A stretch of 64,000 nt of DNA from positions 24,492,001 through 24,556,000 of the forward strand of contig NC_058369.1 of the NCBI RefSeq assembly GCF_018350175.1, written 5' to 3'. This DNA is from Felis catus (Eukaryota). A program made the position numbers and the translations under genes. Shown in pieces: positions 52,315 to 64,000 of the stretch. Position 1 is the stretch's first letter. The number at the start of each line of letters is the position of its first letter. The notes beneath the pieces are model-generated. The model saw only the letters and a list, made by a program, of their open reading frames with translations, was not told where the DNA came from and made no database searches.

Positions 52315-53284
52315 TAAATGAAACTGAGCTGGAAATTAGTAGTATATCCTACACCCACACTAATGAAGGAGAAGGTACAAATGGGAATTTTCAGAATAGT
52401 CTATGTAAAGGCACAGAAGTGAGAAAGGAGTGGAAAAAAGAAGAGGAAAAGGGAAGGGTAACACCATAATAGCATCAACTAACATTCATCAAATCCTCTA
52501 GCAAGGCCTTCACCTGAATTACTCTATTTAATTCTTCCAACCACTGAAAGAGGGAGGTAATATCAGTGTTCCCATTTCACTGGCAAGGAAACTGGAGTAG
52601 AAAGAGGTCACGTAATCACCTAGGGTCACATGCTGAAGACTAAGACCCAGACTGAAACCCAGCAAGTCTGATCTCAGAAGCTGAACTCTTCATCACCACC
52701 TGACACTGAATTTGGAAAAGAATAAATAGATTTTGTGAGAAGAGAGAGAAAGAAGCCTAGATTTGGTGTTTGGAAAAGTACAGGAACATCTTCTCTGAGC
52801 GCTGCTTCTTCAAGGATGCAGCCCCAGCTACCAGTATTCTAAAAGTAATTCAAGAAAGTGGAAGAGCAGACAGCAATGGACAAGTCCATGGACACTGAAG
52901 TTTAGATATGTTCCAATTTCCTCCCTCTGTGCCCCACACTCCCCACCCTTGGTTACCTTCTTTTATTCTCCAGTAAGAGGACACTTATAGATCCTGAAAA
53001 TAATTAAAAGCAAATAGTTTTGCAAATTACAACAGGGGAAGTAGACTTCTGATATTTAAAAGATTTTGTTAGAATCAGATTAAGTATAAATTGTTTCAGA
53101 GGAAAGTTAAGAATTTATCTTTTACTCGTTTAACCTAACTTTAGAGCATAAATCAGAAGCAAATTGGCTATACCAAATGTCCAACAATTAAAATCATTCA
53201 GCACAGTGATACTTTAAGAAATAGTTTAAAAGACCTGCCAAAGCAATGACTGTTTAAATAACTGATATTTTAAAGTAAGCCAAT

Positions 53285-53478
53285 GAGGGCATCTTGATGA
53301 CTGAGTCAGTTAAGCATCAAACTCTTGGTTTTGGCTCAGGTCATGATCTCATGATTCATGGGTGTGAGCCCCATGTGGGGTTCTGTGCTGACAGCATGGA
53401 GCCTTCTTGGGATTCTCTCTCCCTCTCTCTTTGCCCTTCCCTCTCTCTCTCTCTCAAAATTAATTAAAAAATAAAAAA
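53285..53478 (+). mobile_element. Older Can-SINE
   Basis: TSD taaag(t/c)aagccaat at 53271-53284 and 53479-53492. Confidence 0.9.
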
Positions 53479-54072
53479 TAAAGCAAGCCAATAGCTTCTA
53501 TGACTTTCTAGCTTTTGGTAAACTTTGAAGATCCACCATATTTTGTAGTGGAAACTATTAGGTTTTCTGTTTACTAAAATATCCACCATTTTACTACCTG
53601 GCTTCCTCCAAAAGGGCCTAAGACAAGTGACTTAGTATTTTTATCCACTCCCTTTGTATTTCTGAACTACACACTTGTGATAGAAGGATCTGGCTATAAC
53701 CACAAATTGGGTATACTTTTGCTGCCAGCTATTATCAGCTATTATTCATTCTAAATAAGTTCTTTAAACAGTTGCTAATCCTCTTCCCATGTCCAATCTA
53801 TAGACTGATGGGAACAAAACAAGAAAAATACTACTATTTTATATCTTAATTTTTTTTAAGTTATAAAAAAAAACTCCAGAGAGGCAGTCTTGGTGAGCCC
53901 ATACACATTCAAGTGTTTTACCTTCAGGAGCTCTACCAGGGACTCACTGTGAAGACAGGAGAAATATCCCCTGGTTCTTCCCACAGAGGGATGGGGAAGG
54001 CAGTTACTTTGAAATATTCCCAGAGCATTCTGTTCTTTTTTAACAAGGTCTACCTTCAGAGGAAACTATTTT

Positions 54073-54294
54073 GGGACACCTAGGGTGGTGCAATCAGTTA
54101 AGCATCTGACTCTTAATCTTGGCTCAGGTCATGATCTCACAGTTTGTGGGTTCGAGCCCCGCATCAAGCTCCATGCTAATGGTGCGGTGCATGCTTGGGA
54201 TTCTGTCTCTCCTTCTCTCTGTCCCTTCCCTGCTTGTGCGCTCTCTTGCTCTCTCTCTCTCTCTCAAAATAAATAAATAAACTTAAAAAAAAAA
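54073..54294 (+). mobile_element. Can-SINE (first of tandem pair)
   Basis: SINE body and tail. Outer TSD t(t/c)ca(g/a)aggaaactatttt at 54055-54072 and 54511-54528. Confidence 0.92.
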
Positions 54295-54304
54295 TCCAAA
54301 GGAA

Positions 54305-54500
54305 GAGCACTTGGATGGCTCAGTCTGTTGGCGTCCAACTTCAGCTCAGGTCATGATCTTGCATTTTGTGTGTTCGAGCCCCGCGTCGGGCTCTGTGCTG
54401 ACAGGCTGACAGCCTGTTTCAGATTCAGTGTCCTCCTCTCTCTCTGCCCCTCCCCTGCTCACACTCTGTCTCTGCCTCTCTCAAAAATAAACAAACATTT
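54305..54500 (+). mobile_element. Can-SINE (second of tandem pair)
   Basis: TSD aaaaaaaaaatccaaaggaa at 54285-54304 and 54501-54520. Confidence 0.92.
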
Positions 54501-55265
54501 AAAAAAAAAATCCAAAGGAAACTATTTTACCAGAACCTAAGTGACTGAGGGAAGGGAAACACCCAACTCCAGCTCTCCTCAGGCTTCTTGTCTCTCCTAA
54601 GGGGGAAAAGCAAAACAAAACTGAGAAGCACTAGTGAAGGTGACAGCCCAGGGGCACAGGTTCACTCACAGACTGAGATCTAATTACAGGACTATTAAAC
54701 ATTAGACAAATTCTGGTTAAGTGCTAAATATAGTCCTAAGTTTCCCAAGTACTTTCACATATATTTTCTCACTTCATCCAACCTATGGGACAGGCAAGGA
54801 ATAGGACATTGTCCCATTTTATGAATAAGAAACTAAAGGCTCAAAGGATGCAAAACATTGGTGGAGTCAGATTATAAAACCCAGCTATTCATTCATTCAG
54901 CCCAAATCAGTTTTCACTAAACCACATCTTCCATGTTGCTTATAGATGAGAAAGGTTCACTAAGTTTATTGGATCAAAACTTGATTACAGTCCCCAACTT
55001 ACAATACTTAATTAATACCGTTTACTGAGCCCTTACTTTAGGACAGGCACTGGGATAAGCCCCTCCTGTGCATTATCTCATTGGGTGCTCACTGCTTTCT
55101 TTATCAGACAGGTACCATTTGGTCCATTTTCTGGAAAGAGATTCAGGATCTACAGGCCAAGTCACTTGCCTAAGGTTACACATCAAACAAGAAATGAAAT
55201 CATTTGGAGGAATTCATGTGTTCATTTCTCACTTGTCACTTGTGCTTCATTCTAATCATGGCAGG

Positions 55266-55716
55266 AGACAAAGATTCTCACTGGACCAAATTTTAGTTAG
55301 AGTTCTCTGAGCCCTCTTTTTGACCAGACCTCAACTTGGCCTCTCTTCTGCCCTTGCCAAACCTGCAGAGCCCAGTCTTATCAAGAATCTTGTCCATTCA
55401 AGAGCAAATCCCCAACCCTAGATATCTGATGATGTTCCTCATCCTGCACCTTTCATGCCTTATCCTTGACCTGCCTTTTTCCAAGAATCCTGTTAGGTCA
55501 GTTTAGCAAGAATCCCCCTATCCCTGAAGTGTTTCCTTAGTAATTTTCCATTCACTGAGCCTCTCATTCTACTCATTGGCTATAATTCACAGCTGCCTTT
55601 GCTGTAATAGGAGTTGAACCAATCTCTTTCTTCTATTCTAGTGTCTCTATTGCAGTAATACTGAATAAAGTCTTCCTTACTATTTCAACAAATATCAATA
55701 TTTTTTTTCTTAAACA
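55266..55716 (+). mobile_element. ERV1 (MER4-group, MER31/MER67-like) solo LTR
   Basis: gacaaagattctcactggaccaaattttagttag...ctctgagccctct...tttagcaagaatccccc...ttggctataa...aataaagtcttcctta...aaca. Confidence 0.75.
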
Positions 55717-56313
55717 CAGGAATGATATTCCAACAAGTTAATAGCTCTTGGGCTCAGGAGCTTCTAGAACTAAGTTTCTACCACCCAGAAGGCTCTGAGG
55801 TTTGTACCTACTAGGATGTTCAACATATTTTAAACCAGTATTTGATCTGTTGGGGGGTGAGGAGAAGAAGTGCAAGAGAACATAAAAGCACCAAGAACCT
55901 AAACATGGGAGGTAGTAGCTGCTGAATGCATATGGAATCAATTATACTTCAGTAGCCATCCCACTGCCTTCCCCAATCCAGCCAGTGTTTTGTGGACATG
56001 TGGCTTTGAGGCACATCACCTCCTCACTCTCCCCTATAACCAAAGCTTGCCTTCTGGACCCAAAAAGCCATGAGAATGGAGAGGAAGAGTCTTCACATCT
56101 CGATTTTCAGAGCCAGGCACCCCACTCCCAGTCACTATTGGTCAAAGCTCAGATTATGAAAGGCCTGATTTCATGCTGAAGATTCACAGAGGAGCTCACT
56201 CTCATATGCCTCCACGCTGAAGAGCTTGCAGGGCTCAGGAAGTAGAGCAGGGAGGATGTGAATCCAACAGCCACCTATAAGAATCCTTCTGATACAGAGG
56301 ACTGATTCCAAGG

Positions 56314-56327
56314 GAGGAGGGGGGGGG

Positions 56328-56365
<38 letters not shown>

Positions 56366-56380
56366 GATAGATAGATAGAT
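56314..56380 (+). repeat. (G)n(GA)n(GATA)n compound microsatellite
   Basis: Read directly from the sequence. Confidence 0.93.
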
Positions 56381-57034
56381 TGCACACACATGCACCCATG
56401 TATGCATACATACACATTAATGCATGGAGTTGCTTTTGCTCTTTGAGCAAAGGTGTTTAAGGTGGTATTAGGAAGTACTGTCAAAGCATCCAAGCTTCTA
56501 TAACCCTGTCATCATCATAACAATAATAATCGTAACCAAAATAACAACAGCTACCAGTTATTGAACACCTACTGATGCCATCAATGTACTAGTAACTGGA
56601 ATCACTGTGTTTACCCCTAACGTTCCTGTGAGTTGGCTAGATTTCCCTACGAAGAAACGGAGATTTATAGAGGTGAAGTAATGTGTGCAAGCACCCAGCA
56701 GATGCAGGATTTCTACCCCGATCTGTCTGATTCCAAGCCATTGTTCCTTCCACTTCATCCATAATTTCACACCAGGAACCATTTTCACCAAATAAATGGG
56801 TGGGGACACAATACCCAGTATCTCAGAATCAAATCCTTTCCTGGACCAATTAGTTTCACATGGCAACATACTACCACAGAGTAGATGCTCAATAAATACC
56901 TGTTGAGTAAAAGAATATGTTGTTTCTTAAACCATAACTTCCAGTTTATTGAGGGCTATAACTTTCACTTTGGGGTCCTTCTCATTAGACTTCACTGCTT
57001 TTGTTGGTCAAGGATGGAATCTATTGTATCCTTT

Positions 57035-57391
57035 TGTTACAGACTGAATGTTTGTGACTCCTCAGAATTCACATGTTGAAATTTAACCCTCAAAGTGATG
57101 GCATTAGGAGGGAGCAGCTTTACTAAGTGATTAGGTCATGATGGGAGAGCACTCATGAATGGGATTAGTATCCTTATAAAAAAGAACCCAGAGAGCTTTT
57201 TTGCCCTTTCTCTCTGCCATGTGAGGATGAAACAAGAAAACAGCCGTCTGCAACCTGGAAGAGGGTCCTCAATACACCCTGACCATGCTCACACCCTGAT
57301 CTCCAGCTTCCAGAACTGAGAAATAAATTTTTGTTGTTTATAAGCCACCTAGTCTGTAGTATTGTTATAGCAGCCTCAACTGATTGTGACA
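57035..57391 (+). mobile_element. MLT1A-like MaLR solo LTR
   Basis: TGTTACAGACTGAATGTTTGTG...ttgtttataagccacctagtct...ttatagcagcc...gaCA, with ~5-bp flanks ccttt/ccctt. Confidence 0.88.
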
Positions 57392-59649
57392 CCCTTTGAT
57401 CCCCTAAGCTGCACTTCTAGGAATCAGACCCAAGAGGATAAACAAGAGGCTCTTTTATTTTGAGAGACAGAGACAAAGAAGAAGAAGCAAAAGGAAAAGG
57501 AGGAAAAGTAAAGAAAAAAAGATGTGGACACTGCACTTTCCATTTACTTGGCTTTAACAGTAAAAATAGAGCATTTTTGAACCAAGAAATAAATCGTTTG
57601 GAGGAATTCCTGCATTTATTTCTCACTTAAAAATTAACACCTTCAGTTCATGCTGCCAGAGCCTTTTCCAATATCCAACACGTGGTCACAGTTGGTTCAC
57701 ACATAGTATCCCCTCATAGATAGGATAAAATCAGTTAACTGGACACATGAGCTAATAATTGTTAGAGACAGGCCATTACACTCATAGGCTCTCTCTCCTC
57801 TACAGCTGGTAAGAACGTAACCTGAAACAACCTCTTGAAGGGCAGAGTGGCCATCTGGTTTCAGAGACTGAAATGCGTGTCTTTCCTTTGATCTCCTGAG
57901 TCTACTCCTAGGAATGAAATGCAAGGAAATCATCTGAAAGGCAGACAAGAATTTAGGTGCCAGCACATTCTTTGCATTTCTCATGCTAACAAAATTTAGC
58001 AAACAACTTCAATGTGAAGAATAGTTAAATAAACTGTGATTCAGCCATTTGGTGGACTATGAAGCACAGAATAATAAAAATCCTATCTCTAACATATATT
58101 TCATGGTAAGGGAAAATGTTCATAATAAAACACTAAATAAAAAGCCAGATTCAAAACTGTATATAAACAGTATTGCCAATTTGTCTAAAAAAAAAATAGA
58201 CAAACTATTTTATCTTTACATATGTGCATATAAAAGACTGTAAGGACATATATGCTCCAAAATACTAAGTAGCTAACCAAGATGTTATCCCTGACTACTA
58301 GAATTATTTTTCACTTTCTTCTTTATACTTTATCTTTTCCAAATGAACATACATTCTTTTCATCAGAAGAAGAAAAGGAACTTTCTGAATGAATAAATTT
58401 TTAAATCTATGTTCACTTCAGGTAATTGATTTGTAATATCTATAATAGTCAAATCACCCCCAGAGAAGTGACAATTCATTAAAAACACAACAAAACAGAA
58501 AATTCTAAAGAATAACATGACACACATTCCAAAATAGAACTCCAGTCACTACCAGGAGGCTTTTCCTTATATTTAACCCATTCCCTCCCACTATAATCTA
58601 TGCCATTTAAGTCATTATTAGTCTTTGAATCTCTGGGTGGGTAGCATAGTGCTTGACACAGAGGAATCACCCAAATGTTTATTTAATTTCAACAGCAACC
58701 ACTAGTCAAGTAAGGAAACCATGGTTTCATTATTCCCTTAGATGTTCTTGTCCTCCTTCTTTAAGCAATGGTGCCCCTTTGTTCTGGCTAATTTATGCTG
58801 CCTCCTCCTAGCTCTGATGGGGCTATCAGTCATTCACAGTCCCCTGACCAGACACAGGGACTGTTCAGGGAGAGGGGATATGGGCCAAGCAAGGTAAAAG
58901 TCCAGAAAGAGATATGGGGATATACAAGGAGAGAAGTACTACCTCCCAAAGTGCCACAAATGCCAAAGTGTGAGCAATTGCCTTCTAAAGCATCTGGGGG
59001 CCATCTTTTCCAGCCATACGAAGGAAGCCATGTCTGCAGGAGAACAAAAGGAGGCCAACCGGCAAAGGGAAGGAGGGCTATGAATGAAGAGAGACAAGGC
59101 TAGGGCTGCAGAATGATGCCAAAGGCCAAAAGGAGCTGAGACCAATCATAGCACAGACAGGGAGATTTCTAGAAGCCTAGAGACCCCAGTTCCAGCACTG
59201 AGGGCCCCATTTCTACAATTTAGCCTCAATTCTGGCTTTCCCAGCTATGGTAAGACAATAAATTCCCATTTTTCATAGGCTGATTTGGTTTGGGTGACAA
59301 CCATGTCCTGACTTCTTTGTATCTGTAACAACCATAAACATGTAATATTAAGTTTGAATCCTTAAGAAATATTGCATAAGGAAAAAAAACACTGCTTCGT
59401 TTCTAAAAGATTAGGGAAAGGCCATGCCTGAAAAACTTATTTATTAAAATAGCTGAAAACATCTGAAAAGTTGCCAAGCTAATTCACACTGATTATAAAG
59501 TTGATGATAAAAATCTCTCATAAAAAATTTTAAATTTTTAACTTTAAAATTTTTTTAAGGCAAAGCTTATAGGATTGGAACATAAAAATCTATCTATTTA
59601 CAGATGGAAGGCATTTATACTAGCACATTAGTTTAAAATGTGACTTCTA

Positions 59650-59851
59650 GGGGCGCCTGGGTGGCTCAATTGACTAAGCATACGACTTCGGCTCAGGTCA
59701 TGATCTCACAGTCCGTGAGTTCGAGCTCTGCGTCGAGCAGAGCCATCAGCACAGAGCCTGTAGCCTGCTTCAGATTCTGTGTCTCCCTCTCTCTGACCCT
59801 CCCCCATTCATGCTCTGTCTCAAAAATAAATAAACATTAAAAAAAAATTTT
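59650..59851 (+). mobile_element. Can-SINE
   Basis: Perfect 13-bp TSD aatgtgacttcta at 59637-59649 and 59852-59864. Confidence 0.94.
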
Positions 59852-60644
59852 AATGTGACTTCTAAAAGGCTGGTAGATTCTCTATTCAATTAGGTAATCT
59901 AAAAAGACTAGTTAATGTGCTCACAATTAAAGAATGAACTGAAAGCTCATTTCATCTCAGGGTCCCATCTTCTCTCAAGTTAGCATACAAAGGCCCACAG
60001 TGGACACACAGATGTTAGCTGCAATTCTTCCATGATTTCTCCTCAAAGAGGTCATGATTTTCAAAGTACATAACTAAAAGGATTGTTTTAAATCAACTGA
60101 GAAAGTTGTCATTTAAAAAAAAAAGCAGGGGGATATTCTGATAGGTAGAAGCTCCAGTGTGCACTGTATGTAGATTCGAACATTCTGCCTAAGCATTATT
60201 AATGACCCATAAACCATAAGATGAAACACAATACCATGAGCAGGACACCTTAAGCTAATGGAGTCTTGTAAATTAGAAGGCAATGCCTGAAAGAAAGTAG
60301 ATTGAGAACTAAAAATACATATTAAAAATTCAGATCAGTTGGGCACCAGACCAAAAAAGCCATCTAAATAATAATTAGAAGGTGAGTTCATTTAAGTAAG
60401 GGCTTACTTGAAAACTATACCTTGGGACAGAAAAACAACTTTGTCTTTGCTACTCTGCTGTGAGCCATCCTTCCATTCATTCATTCTTTCATTCACTGAA
60501 TGAACAAACACTTTTGTATGCAGTTGTGCACCAAGCATGGGAGACATGAGGTAAACAGCATGGGTGGGCCTTGGCTCTCATGCAGCTTATAGTCTACAAA
60601 AGAAAGCAAAACAATTCACAAGTAATTATAATGGCATCAGGTTC

Positions 60645-60863
60645 TTTTTTTTTTTTTATGTTTATTTACTTTTGAGAGAAAAGAGAGAGACAGACAGAGG
60701 CGTGAGCAGGGGAGGGACAGAGAGGGAGACACAGAATCCAAAGCAGGCTCCAGGCTCTGAGCTGTCAGCACAGAGCCTGACGCAGGGCTCGAACCCACAG
60801 ACCACGAGATCATGACCTGAGCTGAAGTCAGACGCTCACCTGACTGAGCAACCCAGGCGCCCC
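60645..60863 (-). mobile_element. Can-SINE within an L2 relic
   Basis: Reverse complement GGGCGCCTGGGTTGCTCAGTCAGG...; host L2 has a (cattcatt)n end at ~60475. Confidence 0.93.
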
Positions 60864-61089
60864 AAGCATCAAGTAGTTTTTAAAAACGATAATAGAAGTA
60901 TCTATCTTAGCTCATAGGCAATTCAAGCAAGTAAGTATACTGAAGCTGGGTTCTTAAGGGAGAGAAATGTTAATTAGGTGAGGCAGGGTGAGGGAAGAGC
61001 ATCTCAGATAAAAGGAACACCAAGTGAAAAATATCAGAGGAAAGGAATAGGGAGTATTAAAGGTACTTAGAGAAGTCTAGGAAAGAAAG

Positions 61090-61290
61090 ACAACATAGTG
61101 CAGTGAGTAAGAGTATGGACTCTGGAGCCAGTGGACATGAGTTTGAATCCCAGCTCTGCCTGACATTTACTAGCTGTGTGAGCCTGAGCAAGTAACTTAA
61201 CCTCTCTGTCCTTCCTATTTAAAACAGGAGTAATAATTCCTATACAATAGGATTATTATAACAGTGCCTGGCACATGAAAAAGTGCTGAG
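61090..61290 (+). mobile_element. MIR
   Basis: tggactctggagcca...tttgaatcccagctctgcc...actagctgtgtga...gcaagtaacttaacctctctg...acagtgcctggcacat. Confidence 0.8.
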
Positions 61291-62049
61291 TATTGTGGTT
61301 GGAACAATGACAAAAGGGGAGAGTAGCATGAGATTGAGGAAGGGTAGATGGGGCCAAATCACACAAGGACTTGGTGAGAAGAAACATAAGCAGACTAGGT
61401 CTTTTTAAAGATCCCACTGGCTGTAATAAGGATGACTGATGGGGGTGTGGTGATGAATGCAGACATACCAGCAGGCCAGTAAAAAAGCTTCTGTGGTGTG
61501 TGGCTTAAAAGGAAAAAAAAAGGTCAATGTAAACAGTGCTGAGGCTTTGAATAATGTTTAAACAACACCATTACTCTACATGTCTAAGATTTCAATTTTA
61601 TCACTAATAACAAAACTTAATAGAAAAGGCAAATACTGACTCATCGATCATTTATTACTCTAATTCCTGTTAAAAAAAACTCAACTGATATTTTATAACC
61701 TCAGAATATTAATATGGGCCTAGGAGGTATGGTCAAGGCATAGTCTTATGACACTTCAAAAAAAAAAAAAACTAATTTGAATGGACCAGTACTTGAGGCA
61801 AAGTCTCAGGACCAGGCAGGCCCAGCTCAACCTGGCCCTAATGGTACATAAACCAAAGGAGACTTAATAAATGCCTCAAACTCCCAGCTACCTCATTTTC
61901 TTCCACGTTTTTTCCTTCTGGAAAATAGGATCTTCCTTTAAAGGAATGACTGCCAACAGGCTTGATCCACATCTGCAGACCAGGAAAGCACATGTCCAGA
62001 GTGCCAAACCACAGTTCCCACATTCTCACTACCAGGTAAATGCCAGCCT

Positions 62050-62320
62050 TTCAGCACAAAGATAAGAGCTCAGGTTTAGGAATCAAGGAGCTCAGACACA
62101 CGTTTAAGTCCTGGCTCTACCATACACTTTTATGTGACCCTAAATAAGTTGCTTAACCTCTCTCTAATCCTCAGGGTCCTCATCTGCAAAATGGAGAAAG
62201 CAATTTCACCTATCTCCAAGGGCTGTTGTGAGGACACCTTAATATACTATTTATAAAAGCACTTAGCATAGATTCTCATACAGAGTAAGCACTTACTAAA
62301 TGGAACTTATGATTATTATC
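62050..62320 (+). mobile_element. MIR
   Basis: agtcctggctctacc...tgtgacc...ttaacctctct...ctcatctgcaaaatgg...aaagcacttagcatag...cagagtaagcactta. Confidence 0.8.
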
Positions 62321-62369
62321 TGTCTGTGGTTCCTGCGATGCCACCAAAATTGGGATTTAGAAGAGGTAA

Positions 62370-63045
62370 AGAAAGAAAACACTGCTGGTAAATTAGTCAC
62401 CTGTTTTGGAAAAGTAGCATATAAACTAATGGTGAAGACACACCTAACCCCATGCCCCAGTCTTCCACCCTAGGGGAGCACCCAACTGAAGTGCATCCCA
62501 GGTACACCAAGAGACAAAAACAAGAAAGCTCACAGGAGTATCATTCATAACAGCCCAAAGCTAGAAACAACTCAAATGTCCATCAATAGTAAAATGGAAA
62601 AATAAATGATGAAATGATGGTATATTTATCTAATAGAATACCACGTGGTGCCAAAAATGAAGAAATTATGATTATACTCCAAAACAAGATGACTCTCTCA
62701 AATCCACTGCTGAATGAAAGAAGCCAGACACAAAAGAATAAGTAAGACTAGGCAGTATAGTTTTGTATAAAGTTCAAAAACAGGCAAATTAACTCTATTG
62801 TTTAAGGATGTATATGTAGGTGGTAAAAGAGTAAAGAAAAGAAGGAAATTACCATGAAGTAAGAGTAATGGTTTGTTTTGGGGAGTCGTGAGGGGGGGGG
62901 GCTGTGATTGGGAAGGAGAACATGGGGCTTCTAAGGTTCTGTTTCTTGATCTGGATGATCATTATGTGAGTGTTACATTGATTCATTAAGCTCTATGTTT
63001 AGGTTTTATACAATTCTTACATGTTTTTGATATTGTAAAATAGCT
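62370..63045 (+). mobile_element. L1ME-like 3' relic
   Basis: cataacagcccaaagctagaaacaactcaaatgtccatcaatagtaaaatgg...aagaagccagacacaaaagaata...aaagttcaaaaacaggcaaa...gtttcttgatctgg. Confidence 0.8.
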
Positions 63046-64000
63046 GAAAAACTAATCTGCCTGCCCCACCTAATCCATGCCCTCTTTCCAGGAGTGTCAG
63101 AGGACTGGAGAATGTGGTTTATGCAGCTAGCTCTGACTTTCTGAACCCTGTCTGCTTGAGACAAAATCCTAGTGGGGGCTGACAGGCAGGGAGGATGCAA
63201 GAGAGGTGAGCAGGTGAACCCACCACCTAGGACTGTCTTGACAGAACTGTCTACCCTTTCCAGCCCAGTCTCAAGGGATACTCCCAGGGTCAGCTCCTGT
63301 CCTGTATCATGTCACTTCTGAGACATTAAATGAAGAAAACTGAATGAAAGGCTTATAATCAGCACAAGCAAGGAATGAGGGACACAAGGAGAAATGCCAC
63401 ATGAACTATTCATTCAACATATACAAAGTACCAGGCCACAGTCATTGTCCCAGGAATAGGCATATGACTCAAGCAGAGCCAACTGCTTCTCTAAAATTCA
63501 TATAGACATATTGGGGGAAAGAAGCACCTTTTTCCCTGAGGCTGCCAAGCCTCAAGGAAATGAGTTTGGAATAAGTTTGGAGCTTCTGGCAGCCACTTTC
63601 TCCAACTCTGTGGGGACGCCATGTCTGCAAGTAAAAAAATAAGGCTGAAAAAGAGAAGGAGGGCTGAGATCTGGAGAGAGAGAAGGCAAAGTCCTGAGAA
63701 TGAGGCTTCATGCCAAAAGGAGCAGAGGCCAGCAAAAGCCTAGAGGGTTTGGAAGCCTTGAGTCCCCAGTTCCACCACTGGTGCTCTGATTTCTGCAAAA
63801 TAAGCTCAATTCTGCCCTTCCCAGCTATGGTGAGAAAACATGGGTCAGCTTTTGTGCTCAATTCTAATAATACAGAAGTAAGTAATATATACTTCCTCTA
63901 AGGATGTCACAATTTAACTAGGAAAATAGGTGTCAAACAGCACTATGATAGTCATATGGAGGTGGAGGAGCATCTTAACCAGACTGGACGAGAGGGAAGG

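Larger units (their letters stand above)
53860..54700 (+). mobile_element. Old L1 5'-region relic carrying two tandem SINEs
   Basis: caggagctctaccagg...cacagagggatggggaagg...ttttgaaatattcccagagcattctgttct...aaaactgagaagcactagtgaagg...gactgagatctaatta. Confidence 0.6.

Noticed and set aside
1..64000. Novel prokaryotic-type system, second protein-coding gene, CpG-island promoter or processed pseudogene
   Set aside because: The sequence is CpG-poor mammalian intron; I found no support for any of these by eye. Small ncRNAs or further microexons cannot be excluded without computation.

Overview
Mammalian genomic DNA from a felid (cat-family) genome, judged by abundant carnivore Can-SINEs (SINEC_Fc-type) and felid/carnivore L1 3' ends. 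The window appears to lie entirely inside the ERC2 (CAST1/ELKS2, presynaptic active-zone scaffold) gene on the minus strand. I can support one large coding exon (25323-24907, 417 nt, phase 0/0, HLQLTIQ...NIHLRE). The most interesting signal, not shown as such in the ORF track, is a 24-nt in-frame microexon (25985-25962, LLDARRTK) 638 nt upstream of that exon. It has the typical layout of an SRRM4/SRRM3-regulated neural microexon: a ~100-nt AG-exclusion zone, a pyrimidine tract and UGC just before the AG. Beside it are a second candidate acceptor leading to an immediate stop and AATAAA, and a possible AG|GT recursive site. The rest is intron packed with transposons: ~19 Can-SINEs (many with target-site duplications, several nested or tandem), a young 5'-truncated L1, older L1s, MaLR/ERV1 LTRs, hAT MITEs, MIR/L2 and microsatellites. 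No prokaryotic-type system (CRISPR, operon) is present, and most ORF-track entries are repeat artefacts. Repeat subfamily names are from memory of consensus sequences, and boundaries of old elements are approximate.
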